This document shows, piece after piece, positions 18,717 through 28,248 of a DNA stretch of 64,000 nt; position 1 is the stretch's first letter; each line of letters begins with the position of its first letter. Source of the stretch: an uncultured Gammaproteobacteria bacterium (lineage in GTDB: Bacteria > Patescibacteriota > Patescibacteriia > UBA11705 > DATKZF01); the NCBI GenBank assembly GCA_964411255.1, contig CAYPKD010000005.1, positions 109,631-173,630 of the forward strand, read 5' to 3'. The position numbers and the translations under genes are program-made. The notes under the pieces are model-generated. The model made no database searches. It saw nothing but the letters and a program-made list of their open reading frames with translations, and was not told the DNA's origin.

Positions 18717-21700
18717 ATGAATTGGTTTAAGAAAAATAAAAAGTTATTGCTAGGGTTATTAATAATAGCTGGTGTTTTTGTTTGTCTTAATTTTGCGTTA
18801 GCACAAGATACAGGTTTAGAAACAGTAGGCGAAGAAGCTGGTATTGAAACAGATGAGGATATTAGAGTACTTATTGCCAGGATTATTCGAATTGTATTTG
18901 GATTTTTAGGCGTGATTGCTTTACTTTTAGTATTGTACGGCGGTTTTGTCTGGATGACAGCTGGCGGTGATCCAGAAAAAGTAAATAAGGCAAAAAAGAT
19001 TTTAATTAATGCCTTTATTGGATTGGCAATAATGCTTTTAGCGTTTTCAATTACTTCGTTTATTATTTCAAGATTGCAGGAAGCAGTTTTAGGTCCTCCA
19101 TCTGAGTTTGAGGACGGTGATGGTTTTGACGGCGATGGCGGTATTCCTTCCGGAGCTTTTAAGGTAAAAAGTATTCAGCCAGTTGGTGCTTTGCCAATTT
19201 ATAATGTGGTAGTAAAAGCATCGTTTAATCAAAAGCTTGACCAGGAAATGGACGATGAATTACTGCAGAATAATTTTGAAGTTTATGATGTGGCAGATGA
19301 TCGGCTTGTATCAGGCAATGTGGTTATCAATAATTACACTTTAAGGTTTACTCCAAACCAGCCATGCCCTGAACCAAATGAGGATTTATTTTGTTTTGAT
19401 AAATTAAAAACGTACAGAGTGACGTTAAAAAGCGGAATCAGAGATGAAACCGGTGATAATCTGTTCTGCGGTCTGGGTAGTGTTTGTTCAGTAGAATTTA
19501 GAACCGGTGAATTAATTGATACTCAAGAGCCATCAGCATATATTACTTCTCCATACAATAATGAAAAGATTTGCAATGAATTTTTTGATGCAATTGCTGA
19601 TGTTGATGATGACAGCGCAATATCAATTGTAAATTTTTATTTAGATGATCAAAATATTGGAACAGCAGCTCCTCCTTCAGACGAGATTGTATCTTCATTT
19701 ACTGCTTTATTAAATTTTGAAGTTCCTTTGGCTGAAGAAGGTCCGCATACTATATATGTTGAAGCTGAAGATATTGATAATAACATGACTCAGTCAAATT
19801 CAAAGACATTTATTGTGCCAATAGCCCATTGCTGCAATGAAGTACAGGATTCTGATGAGACAGGAATAGACTGCGGTGGAGTAGATTGCGGATCATGTAT
19901 GGGAGAACCCTGTGACACTGATGATGACTGCGCTGACGGATTTTGTAGTGATGGAGTCTGCGTCAGCTATCCGACGATTACCAGTTTATCTCATACAGAA
20001 GGAGCGGCTGGAAATCTAATAACAATTTGGGGATCTGGGTTTGGAGGTTATGTAGAGGGACAGAGTAAATTAGAATTTACTGGTCCTGGTGGTACATTAG
20101 TTGAAGGAGGCATTGGATGTGACCCGGCAAGTAGCTGGACAAAAAGTCAGGTAGTGGTAAAAGTGCCTGATGATGCAGTGACCGGTCCATTAAAAATTAC
20201 TAATGCAGCTGGATTTTGGGACGATACTATTAATGATCGAGGCTGGCAGGGAGAGTTTATTTTAAATCCTGATCTTTCTTGGCCAGGTCTTTGTAATGTG
20301 GTAAATGCTGAGGGTGTAAATGAAGGAGAGTTTGAACAGATTGTAACAGCCAATGGAGAAAATTTTAACACTGCCCAGGGAAGAATTTTATTTGGAGAAT
20401 TTGAAGCTCCAATTACTGGTACTTGGTCTGACACTACTGTTACAGGCATTTCCTTGCCAAACATAGTACCAGGCCGGACATTAGTAAATGTAGAGTTAGC
20501 AGCAGAGCAACTAAGCAACCCTGTAGAATTTTATATATTATCAACTGAAAAGCTACCAAATATAGAACAAGTAATCCCAGATAATGGTGGCATAGGTCAA
20601 TATGTAGAATTAATCGGTACTAATTTTGGCAATTCACCAATTCCAGTTTTCTTTTTAAATGAAACTCTGGAAGGCGGTCAAATGATAGCAGATACAGTAT
20701 TTCCAGAAGGTTGCTCTGACAGCTATTGGTCTGATTCAAAAGTAATTATAAAAGTTCCTCCTGGGATTTCTCTGGGGCAATTTTTAATTCAAATGAAATC
20801 TGAAAATGTGGAAAGTAATCAAATGCCGTTTACAGTAACAGACGCACCTCCTGGTCCTGGAATTTGCGGGCTTGATCCTGATAATGGACCAGTCGGTACC
20901 TTTGTTGATGTTTTGGGAGAAGGTTTTGACATAAATGGAACAATACAGTTTTCAGAAAATCAGCCTGGCACAATTTCTGAAGCTTTAGATACTCTTATTC
21001 AAACAAGAGTGCCAGCTTTGGCTGTGTCTGGCCCAGTTCAATATTCTAATGAAGAGGGCGTTAGCAGTAATACACTGAATTTTAATGTTGGCGCTTGTAC
21101 GCCTGAATCCTGCCAGGAGAAATCTATTTTAGAAGGAGAAATATTTGAATGCTGTACCACAGGCGTTTGTCAGCCAGAAGGTGAGTGTGAAGACGTAGTG
21201 GGAGCTGGCGACGCGGAATATGTATGGATGTTCAGCACTGGCAAGCTACCGATCGTGCCAAAAGTAATTGAAGATCCTACTTGCGCTGACAATATTCAGT
21301 CACCATCTCCATGGATTGATTCTGAAGATGCCTGCACCAATGCTTTGATTGGCGCTAGATTTAATATTGATGTTCAAATGGCTAATATGCCATCAAAGAT
21401 AAAAGTTGCCAGATGTAATAATCAAAATGAAGAATGTTCATTTGTAAACTGCCAAAGTATTGATTCAGACTGTTTTGAAGAAACAGTAACCACTCTAAAA
21501 ACTGCTGGTACAGAAAATAATGGATTTTTAAGCAATTATTTTGTGGTTAGTTCATTAAGCGGTAGTCCTTCTCTTCTGCCAAATAGGTGGTATCAGGTTA
21601 CGATTTTAGGTGGTGACAATGGAGTTAAAGGTTATAATAATGTGGCCATGCCTCAGGATTATGTTTGGCGATTTAAAACAAAAGAAACACCGTGTGAAAT

Positions 21701-24700
21701 TGCAGATGTTATTGTTGAACCATCACCAGGGCAGATCGATGAATTTGAAGGCACTGAACTGTTTAATGTATTTGGCAAGGCAGAAAATTGTAATATTTTA
21801 GATGCTGGACTTTTTGACTGGGACTGGCAGCTGACAAATGAAGCAGATAAAGCAAGTCTTCAAACAATAACATATACTGATACAATTAATGTCACTAATG
21901 AACAAGGAGAAGAAGAACAGCAGGAAATTGTCAGAAATGACCAGGCAGAAGCAACTGGCCTTGGAGAAACTGATGATGAAAATCCAGTAGTAGTTGACGC
22001 TGCTACAACAAGCGAAGAAACTGGTGTTACTCAATCAGATGATGCAGAGCTTTTTATTGACTTTACAGATCCTCGGGTGATTGATTATGGTCCAGAATGC
22101 GATACAGCCTGTATTAATGCTGAAATTTGGGCAACTTTTAATACGAAAATGGATGAAAGCACAATGATAATACCAAATCTTCGCGGAAATTTGGAAAATA
22201 TTTTTATATATAAATGTAGCGGTCAAAATTGTTTGGGATTAACCTCAGTAACAGCTAATTTTTTTGGTACTTACCAGGAGGCAACAAAAACAATAAAAAT
22301 TAATATACATGAAGATTCAATTTTTGATTATTTAGAGCCGAATACTTATTATCGAGTTTTAATAAAAGATGATGTCCAGAGCCAAAGCGGCATAAATTTA
22401 ACAGGTCTTAATTTTGATCATGATAATGACGGGTTTAATGATTCTTTTTCCTGGATATTTAGGACCAAAAACGATGATACGCCTTGCGACATGGATAGAG
22501 CTGAAGTATTACCACCTGTTTATGAAACCTCCACTCCGCTTGAGCAATTAAAATATTTAGTTAATGCCCGCGGCGCTCCAGACGAGTGCAATCCGAACGG
22601 ACAGCTGTTAAATCCGTTTGATTTTAACTGGTCTTGGGACAGTACCAAAACTACAGTAGCGGAAATTACCAGTGAAAATATAAGCACTGAATTCCCAGCG
22701 GATACTTGTTCAGCTGAATGCTTGAATTTAGGAAGCAGTGTGATTGAATCAATTTGTGGCAATGGCGGATCACCTGATTATGCAGAGGAATGCGACGATG
22801 GCAATTCAAATGATGGCGATGGCTGCAGCTCAAGATGTTTATTTGAGCCAGTGGCTGATATCAATGAGGGCGGCACTTGCGGCAACGGACAGCTGGATAC
22901 ATTTGAAGAATGCGATTATGCAATTACTGAAGATGCAGATATATGCACTCCTGGATGCCAATTAGCAGGTTCATCAATTAGCGGCTATGATTGCGGTAAT
23001 AATAATGTTGACCCAGGAGAAGATTGTGATGATGGGAATAATTCAGCTGGCGATGGATGTTCCAAAGAATGTTTATGGGAAGGTAGTGATTATACATTTG
23101 ATCAAATACAACAAATTTCTATCTGTGGTAATAATCAAGTAGAAGCTGGAGAAGACTGTGACGATGGTGATTTTGAATCCGGTGATGGCTGTTCTTCAAA
23201 ATGTCTTGCAGAAGGCAGCCAGGCTATTTGCGGCAATGGCGGTGATCCAGAAGTGGGAGAAAATTGCGATGATGGCAATACTGAAGACGGCGACGGTTGC
23301 TCAAGCGTTTGTTTAAATGAAGGTTCAGATTGGGCCTATGGTTCATTCTGCGGTAATGGAATTGAAGAGACTGGCGAAAGCTGCGAAGCAGAAGGCGGAG
23401 ACTATTTTGGATCACCAGAGCAGCTGGTAACAATGACTGAATCTTTACCAGCAGGTACAAATGAAGATACTACAAATATTATCGCTCAGGCAGAAAATTT
23501 TGCTGGTGAAACGAAAGAAGGGACAGGAAATTTAACATTTATCCAGCCTTTTTGTGTAAGTATTGACCCATCATTTACAGAATTACCAGAACCAGGCTCA
23601 ACAGATGTTTGTCGAAATACAGCGATTCAAATAATTGTAAATCAGCCAGTTCAGCAATCAGGCATTAATGAAGCGATAACCCTGGAAGGACCTTGCTCTG
23701 CAGTAGAACAGCCTGAAGCCAGGGTTCCAAATGAATTAAGGCCTATTAAGTGGATTAAAAAAATAGTAAGGAGAATAAAGCAAGTTTTTTCTCCGTCAGC
23801 CAATGCATTTGGGTTGGTGTTTGACTGCACAATAGAAATAGATAAAATAAATGTGGTGGAAAATGATGATCAGACAACCATAACTGTATTTCCAAAGGAT
23901 TTACTTCCGCCATCTGTTTCTATTAGAGTAGATTATTCTGGCCTTAAAAATTTATGCGGAGAATATTTTGGCATAAATAATTTTATCTTTACAACCGGAC
24001 CAGAAGAAAAGATTTGTTTGGTTGATTTTGTCAATGTAAATCCTCCTGATAAATTTATCACTGAAGCAGATTATCAGCAGACGTATCAGGCTGAGGCAAA
24101 GAGTAATGATGCCAGTGCTCCGCTTAATCCGATTCCTGGATTTTATAGCTGGTCATGGTCTTGGAATTTAGAAAGTAATGATTTAGATATACCAGACGAT
24201 ATTCAAATAATTTCATTATCAACTATGGGACCAGAAGGAGAGGAGATTATTCCTGATCAGAAATTATTGGAAACCGGAGGAGCTAATGGTCAGGGTGATA
24301 TGATTGCCACCGCCAGCATTGAAGAAAGCGAATTTGGAGATATAGGAAATGACATTGTTGGCAAAGGTCACTTTACAATTTTTATTTGTGAAAATCCGTG
24401 GTCAGAAACGATGGAAGACGAATTCGCACGTATGCAATGGATATATGATGGTTGGTGGAAGAACTTTGCATTTAATTTTAAGACTTTATATTGCCGTGAT
24501 TATGGTGATCCTGATAAAACTTCAGATGATTTGCCAAATTTAAAGGTTATCAAAGCACCTGAACCAGAGTTTGCGGCAAGTCCTTGGGATGAACCAGATC
24601 CTGTAGTCATAAAAGAATATTTTTTACTTAGAGATGATAATTCACCAGACGCGATTGCGCTTCGGGTTTATACTAATAAAGAAGGTGTTAGCCCAGGACT

Positions 24701-25487
24701 TTGGTATGATTTGCATGTTCCAAATCCGGGCCAGTATGGTGAGTTGAATGTGGATTGCCTGGCGCAAAATGGTGACTTGTATTGCTACCGTGGCATTCAA
24801 GACGGACGAACCGTATATATTTCCGCATCAAATATGCCTGATGCTGGAGTAGATGTGGAATGTGAAGAATCTGATGGAGGGGATTTTGAATGTCTGTCAA
24901 GGTCTCCAAGTGCGTTTTATAATAATATTTTTGTCTTTTCATACAGTGAAAATGCAGATACTCAAACTTTAGAGATGTATAATCAATTATTAAATAATTT
25001 ACGATTTAATATAAATATTCCAGATACTTTGCCAGAAGATAAATTAAGCATTATTCGAGATACGCAAAGAATACATGACATGGTGTATATTCGAGGATTA
25101 GTTAATAGCTATTTTGATCAAAACGGCCGTGTACCTCTCCTCAATACCGATGGTTCATTTATTCCTGGCACATATGTAGGTGGACAGGCAGTAAGCACCT
25201 GGCCTTCATGGGATATAGTGTTTGGTAATATGCTGGGTACTACGATCTTGCCAAAGGATCCACTCAATGATTTTGGACCGCAATGTGCTGCTAATAATTT
25301 TGATGCAGACACCTGCTATAATTCAGAAACCGAACAATTTTTTAATGATTACAGTAAAAAGAAAGCATATGTTTATGATTATAAAATAGCTGAAGGCGGA
25401 TATTTAATATATTTAAATTTAGAAAATGACTTTGAAGCTATGTTCCCGTCTATTTGTACTGATTTAACGGGCGTTGTTTGCAATTAA
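18717..25487 (+). CDS. Giant surface protein (2256 aa) with N-terminal SP plus two-TM module and Cys-rich repeats
   Basis: N-terminus paralogous to the 16804-ORF (WMTAGGDPEKVNKAKK). Seven tandem CGNG...E.CDDGN...DGDGCS..C repeats (Myxococcus-type cysteine-rich repeat) at about 22740-23400. An additional CCNEVQD...CGGVDCGSC module. Confidence 0.8.
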   Translation: MNWFKKNKKLLLGLLIIAGVFVCLNFALAQDTGLETVGEEAGIETDEDIRVLIARIIRIVFGFLGVIALLLVLYGGFVWMTAGGDPEKVNKAKKILINAFIGLAIMLLAFSITSFIISRLQEAVLGPPSEFEDGDGFDGDGGIPSGAFKVKSIQPVGALPIYNVVVKASFNQKLDQEMDDELLQNNFEVYDVADDRLVSGNVVINNYTLRFTPNQPCPEPNEDLFCFDKLKTYRVTLKSGIRDETGDNLFCGLGSVCSVEFRTGELIDTQEPSAYITSPYNNEKICNEFFDAIADVDDDSAISIVNFYLDDQNIGTAAPPSDEIVSSFTALLNFEVPLAEEGPHTIYVEAEDIDNNMTQSNSKTFIVPIAHCCNEVQDSDETGIDCGGVDCGSCMGEPCDTDDDCADGFCSDGVCVSYPTITSLSHTEGAAGNLITIWGSGFGGYVEGQSKLEFTGPGGTLVEGGIGCDPASSWTKSQVVVKVPDDAVTGPLKITNAAGFWDDTINDRGWQGEFILNPDLSWPGLCNVVNAEGVNEGEFEQIVTANGENFNTAQGRILFGEFEAPITGTWSDTTVTGISLPNIVPGRTLVNVELAAEQLSNPVEFYILSTEKLPNIEQVIPDNGGIGQYVELIGTNFGNSPIPVFFLNETLEGGQMIADTVFPEGCSDSYWSDSKVIIKVPPGISLGQFLIQMKSENVESNQMPFTVTDAPPGPGICGLDPDNGPVGTFVDVLGEGFDINGTIQFSENQPGTISEALDTLIQTRVPALAVSGPVQYSNEEGVSSNTLNFNVGACTPESCQEKSILEGEIFECCTTGVCQPEGECEDVVGAGDAEYVWMFSTGKLPIVPKVIEDPTCADNIQSPSPWIDSEDACTNALIGARFNIDVQMANMPSKIKVARCNNQNEECSFVNCQSIDSDCFEETVTTLKTAGTENNGFLSNYFVVSSLSGSPSLLPNRWYQVTILGGDNGVKGYNNVAMPQDYVWRFKTKETPCEIADVIVEPSPGQIDEFEGTELFNVFGKAENCNILDAGLFDWDWQLTNEADKASLQTITYTDTINVTNEQGEEEQQEIVRNDQAEATGLGETDDENPVVVDAATTSEETGVTQSDDAELFIDFTDPRVIDYGPECDTACINAEIWATFNTKMDESTMIIPNLRGNLENIFIYKCSGQNCLGLTSVTANFFGTYQEATKTIKINIHEDSIFDYLEPNTYYRVLIKDDVQSQSGINLTGLNFDHDNDGFNDSFSWIFRTKNDDTPCDMDRAEVLPPVYETSTPLEQLKYLVNARGAPDECNPNGQLLNPFDFNWSWDSTKTTVAEITSENISTEFPADTCSAECLNLGSSVIESICGNGGSPDYAEECDDGNSNDGDGCSSRCLFEPVADINEGGTCGNGQLDTFEECDYAITEDADICTPGCQLAGSSISGYDCGNNNVDPGEDCDDGNNSAGDGCSKECLWEGSDYTFDQIQQISICGNNQVEAGEDCDDGDFESGDGCSSKCLAEGSQAICGNGGDPEVGENCDDGNTEDGDGCSSVCLNEGSDWAYGSFCGNGIEETGESCEAEGGDYFGSPEQLVTMTESLPAGTNEDTTNIIAQAENFAGETKEGTGNLTFIQPFCVSIDPSFTELPEPGSTDVCRNTAIQIIVNQPVQQSGINEAITLEGPCSAVEQPEARVPNELRPIKWIKKIVRRIKQVFSPSANAFGLVFDCTIEIDKINVVENDDQTTITVFPKDLLPPSVSIRVDYSGLKNLCGEYFGINNFIFTTGPEEKICLVDFVNVNPPDKFITEADYQQTYQAEAKSNDASAPLNPIPGFYSWSWSWNLESNDLDIPDDIQIISLSTMGPEGEEIIPDQKLLETGGANGQGDMIATASIEESEFGDIGNDIVGKGHFTIFICENPWSETMEDEFARMQWIYDGWWKNFAFNFKTLYCRDYGDPDKTSDDLPNLKVIKAPEPEFAASPWDEPDPVVIKEYFLLRDDNSPDAIALRVYTNKEGVSPGLWYDLHVPNPGQYGELNVDCLAQNGDLYCYRGIQDGRTVYISASNMPDAGVDVECEESDGGDFECLSRSPSAFYNNIFVFSYSENADTQTLEMYNQLLNNLRFNINIPDTLPEDKLSIIRDTQRIHDMVYIRGLVNSYFDQNGRVPLLNTDGSFIPGTYVGGQAVSTWPSWDIVFGNMLGTTILPKDPLNDFGPQCAANNFDADTCYNSETEQFFNDYSKKKAYVYDYKIAEGGYLIYLNLENDFEAMFPSICTDLTGVVCN

Positions 25488-25522
25488 TAATAAAAGAATA
25501 TCTAAAAATAAAAAGATAAATT

Positions 25523-26248
25523 ATGCCAAATGAAACAAACAGTCCTACTCCAGGACAAACTCCACCAACTCCGCCAGCATCAGATGAACCAAAAGATATT
25601 TTCGCTGAAGTGGAAGGAACGGCACCAGCTCCAAGCGCAGCCGCCGGACCGGCTCCTGTCCCTACTCCTGCACAGCCAAAGGCTGCGTCAAAAAGGCCTC
25701 AGGTCACTGGTGCACCTGGTGGTCCGTCAGGAGGTAAAAAAGTAGTAGTTATTGTTTTAATGATCGTCTTTATTGCAATTGTTGCAATTGTCGGGTACTT
25801 TATATATAGTCGCTATCTAGCTGTTTCAGATGAACCAGCAGCGCCAACCATACCTACTGTACCGACAAATACGGCTGTTCCAATTAATACTACCCCAGAA
25901 GTTCCTGAAATACCTGTAAATGAAGAGCCAGAATTGCCTGTTGTTCCCAAAGAGGCAACGAAAGAGGTTACTCCAACTCCAGGAGAAGATATGGATACTG
26001 ATAATGATCGATTATTAGATGAAGAAGAAACGCGCCTAGGCACTGATCCGACTGAAATTGATTCTGACAATGATAAATTGACTGATTATGAAGAAGTAAA
26101 AATTTATGAAACTGATCCTTTGGATCCTGACTCCGATGATGATGGTTTTCAGGATGGCGAAGAGGTTGCAGGTGGTTATGATCCGTCAAATCCGGCCAAA
26201 GGCGCCAGATTACCCGGATCTCCAATCCCAGATGGAATAATTGAATAA
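25523..26248 (+). CDS. Single-pass membrane protein with Pro-rich N-terminus and thrombospondin-type-3 (Ca-binding, dockerin-like) repeats
   Basis: TM helix VVVIVLMIVFIAIVAIVGYFIY; repeats DTDNDRLLDEEE, DSDNDKLTDYEE, DPLDPDSDDDGFQDGEEV, then ...GYDPSNP. Confidence 0.6.
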   Translation: MPNETNSPTPGQTPPTPPASDEPKDIFAEVEGTAPAPSAAAGPAPVPTPAQPKAASKRPQVTGAPGGPSGGKKVVVIVLMIVFIAIVAIVGYFIYSRYLAVSDEPAAPTIPTVPTNTAVPINTTPEVPEIPVNEEPELPVVPKEATKEVTPTPGEDMDTDNDRLLDEEETRLGTDPTEIDSDNDKLTDYEEVKIYETDPLDPDSDDDGFQDGEEVAGGYDPSNPAKGARLPGSPIPDGIIE

Positions 26249-26330
26249 ATAATATATATTAAAATAATAAGCGTACAAATACGACATAATGTTTTATTTT
26301 TTCAAAAATTAATTATTAGTGAATCGTGAT

Positions 26331-27395
26331 ATGGTAAATGACAATAAGGAGGAAGAAGTTCGAGTGATGCCTAAGTCTGACTTTGGGCATACTGACAAAA
26401 CAAAAGAATCAACAAAGCCTGCGTCTCAGCAGGCAACAAGTAGGCCATCAGCAGCAATGCCACCAGCATCAGACAGGGCAGGAGAGCCAATGAGTACAAA
26501 ACCAAAAAGATCCTGGATGAGGGCAGTGATTATAATTTTTGTTATTGCACTTATAGCTGCGTCAGGTTATTTTCTTTATAGTGCTTATAAGCCTGCAGAA
26601 CCTCAATCTCCTTTAGTGCCAACAGAGCCGGACGAAATTGAGGATGAAGAACCAAAAGCATTGCCTCCTACTACACCAGAAGAAGTTGCTACCCCAGAAG
26701 CGACAGTTGCTACTTCAGAAGCTGTGCCAGAGGTTGCCACTGAAGATGTGTTTCCAGACATCGTCACCGGTTCAAAAGATACATTTAAGTATGGTGATAT
26801 CTCAGAATTATCACTTGACATGATATCTTCCCAGGATAGTGATGAGGATGGACTAACTGATATAGAAGAGCGGCTTTTTGACACTGAGCAGCAAAATAAT
26901 GATACGGATGACGACTCCTATTTTGACGGAGCTGAAGTAGTAAATTTATATGATCCAAGAGCAGGTGAAGGAGCTTCACTTCAGGAAAGCGCTTTAGTGA
27001 AAACATTTGTTAATGAGAATTATAAATATACCATAATGTACCCAGAATCCTGGTTTGCAAAAGGCACTGACAAGTCAAATCTTGAGGTTGTGTTCACTTC
27101 AGAAAATAATGAATTTGTTTCTGTTTGGATTGAGGAAAATCCATCAAATCTTTCCCTAAAGGATTGGTATAATAAGCAGGCGCCAAATGTTGAACCGCAA
27201 GACCTGACTGAATTTATCAATAAGAACGGAATTGTCGGATTAAAAAGCCCTGATGGTTTTACCATTTATTTCAGTAAAGACGAGTTTGTCTACATTATTC
27301 ATTATAATATTGGATTAAAAGATAAGGCAGATTATCCGAGCGTATATCAAATGATGATTGAGAGTTTTAATTATGTTGTAAATCAAAGAGGATGA
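26331..27395 (+). CDS. Single-pass membrane protein with TSP3-like repeats and C-terminal globular domain (paralog of 25523 and 46183)
   Basis: TM AVIIIFVIALIAASGYFLY; repeats DSDEDGLTDIEE, DTDDDSYFDGAEV...YDPRAG. Start is ambiguous (26319 GTG, 26331 ATG, or 26367 ATG after SD AAGGAGG). Confidence 0.55.
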   Translation: MVNDNKEEEVRVMPKSDFGHTDKTKESTKPASQQATSRPSAAMPPASDRAGEPMSTKPKRSWMRAVIIIFVIALIAASGYFLYSAYKPAEPQSPLVPTEPDEIEDEEPKALPPTTPEEVATPEATVATSEAVPEVATEDVFPDIVTGSKDTFKYGDISELSLDMISSQDSDEDGLTDIEERLFDTEQQNNDTDDDSYFDGAEVVNLYDPRAGEGASLQESALVKTFVNENYKYTIMYPESWFAKGTDKSNLEVVFTSENNEFVSVWIEENPSNLSLKDWYNKQAPNVEPQDLTEFINKNGIVGLKSPDGFTIYFSKDEFVYIIHYNIGLKDKADYPSVYQMMIESFNYVVNQRG

Positions 27396-27799
27396 TCACG
27401 CTGGAAATAAACAATCAAACCAAAAACAGAGTGTACAGGTCAAGGCTGGAAAAAGTGGCGAAAATTTTAAGTAAGGAATTGAAAATTAAGAAGAAATATA
27501 ATGTTTCTGTTGGCTTTGTAAGTCAGACGAGAATGAAAGAGCTAAATAGAAAATTTAGAAAGAAAGATAGAGTGACTGATGTTTTATCATTTGCTGGTGA
27601 TAATGATTCCTTGGGAGAAATAATTATCTGTTTTATACAGGCAAAAAAGCAGGCTAAGGAATTTAGCCATACCTATCACAAAGAGATTCAGTTTTTATTG
27701 ATTCACGGTTTATTACATCTTTTGGGATATACTCATAAAATCGAGAAAAACAGAAAAAAGATGGAGATGCTGCAGCATAAAATTATGAAGAAGTTATGA
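27392..27799 (+). CDS. ybeY: rRNA maturation endoribonuclease YbeY
   Basis: Zinc-binding H-x3-H-x5-H motif IHGLLHLLGYTH. Confidence 0.85.
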   Translation: MITLEINNQTKNRVYRSRLEKVAKILSKELKIKKKYNVSVGFVSQTRMKELNRKFRKKDRVTDVLSFAGDNDSLGEIIICFIQAKKQAKEFSHTYHKEIQFLLIHGLLHLLGYTHKIEKNRKKMEMLQHKIMKKL

Positions 27800-28167
27800 T
27801 AATTGATTTTCGACGATTAAAAAAAAGTTTTAGTTTTGCTTTTTCTGGATTAAAAATAATCGTCAGAAAAGAGCAGAATTTTCGTATACATTTTGCTATT
27901 GGCATTTTGGTCGTTATTCTTGGTGCAATTTTCAGGGTAAATATTTGGGAATGGATCGCACTGCTTTTGATGATATTTTTTATTTTTTTACTGGAAATTG
28001 TAAATACAGTTTTTGAAAGGTTTGTAGATATGCTAAAGCCACGTTTGAGCGCATATGCAAAGGAAATAAAGGATTTGATGTCTGCGGCAGTGTTAATCGC
28101 AGCCATTCTTTCGATAATTATAGGTTTAATAATTTTTATACCACGCTTTATAGCATTTTTTAATTAA
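27796..28167 (+). CDS. dgkA: Diacylglycerol kinase / undecaprenol kinase family (DgkA)
   Basis: Three TM helices; E..NTVFERFVD and KD..SAAVL motifs of the DgkA family; ybeY-dgkA linkage is common. Confidence 0.8.
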   Translation: MIIDFRRLKKSFSFAFSGLKIIVRKEQNFRIHFAIGILVVILGAIFRVNIWEWIALLLMIFFIFLLEIVNTVFERFVDMLKPRLSAYAKEIKDLMSAAVLIAAILSIIIGLIIFIPRFIAFFN

Positions 28168-28248
28168 TTTGGATTTTATTCTGATTTATACTATAATGTT
28201 ACAAGAATTATCAGGCTAAAATTATCTCAATAATAAAAATAAAAACTT

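Noticed and set aside
20147-24942. Multiple 60-125-aa ORFs antisense to, or out of frame within, the giant 18717..25487 ORF (for example 20147..20518, 21798..22034, 24688..24942)
   Set aside because: They are embedded in a continuous 6.8-kb ORF with recognisable repeat structure. They lack SDs and have no conserved features.
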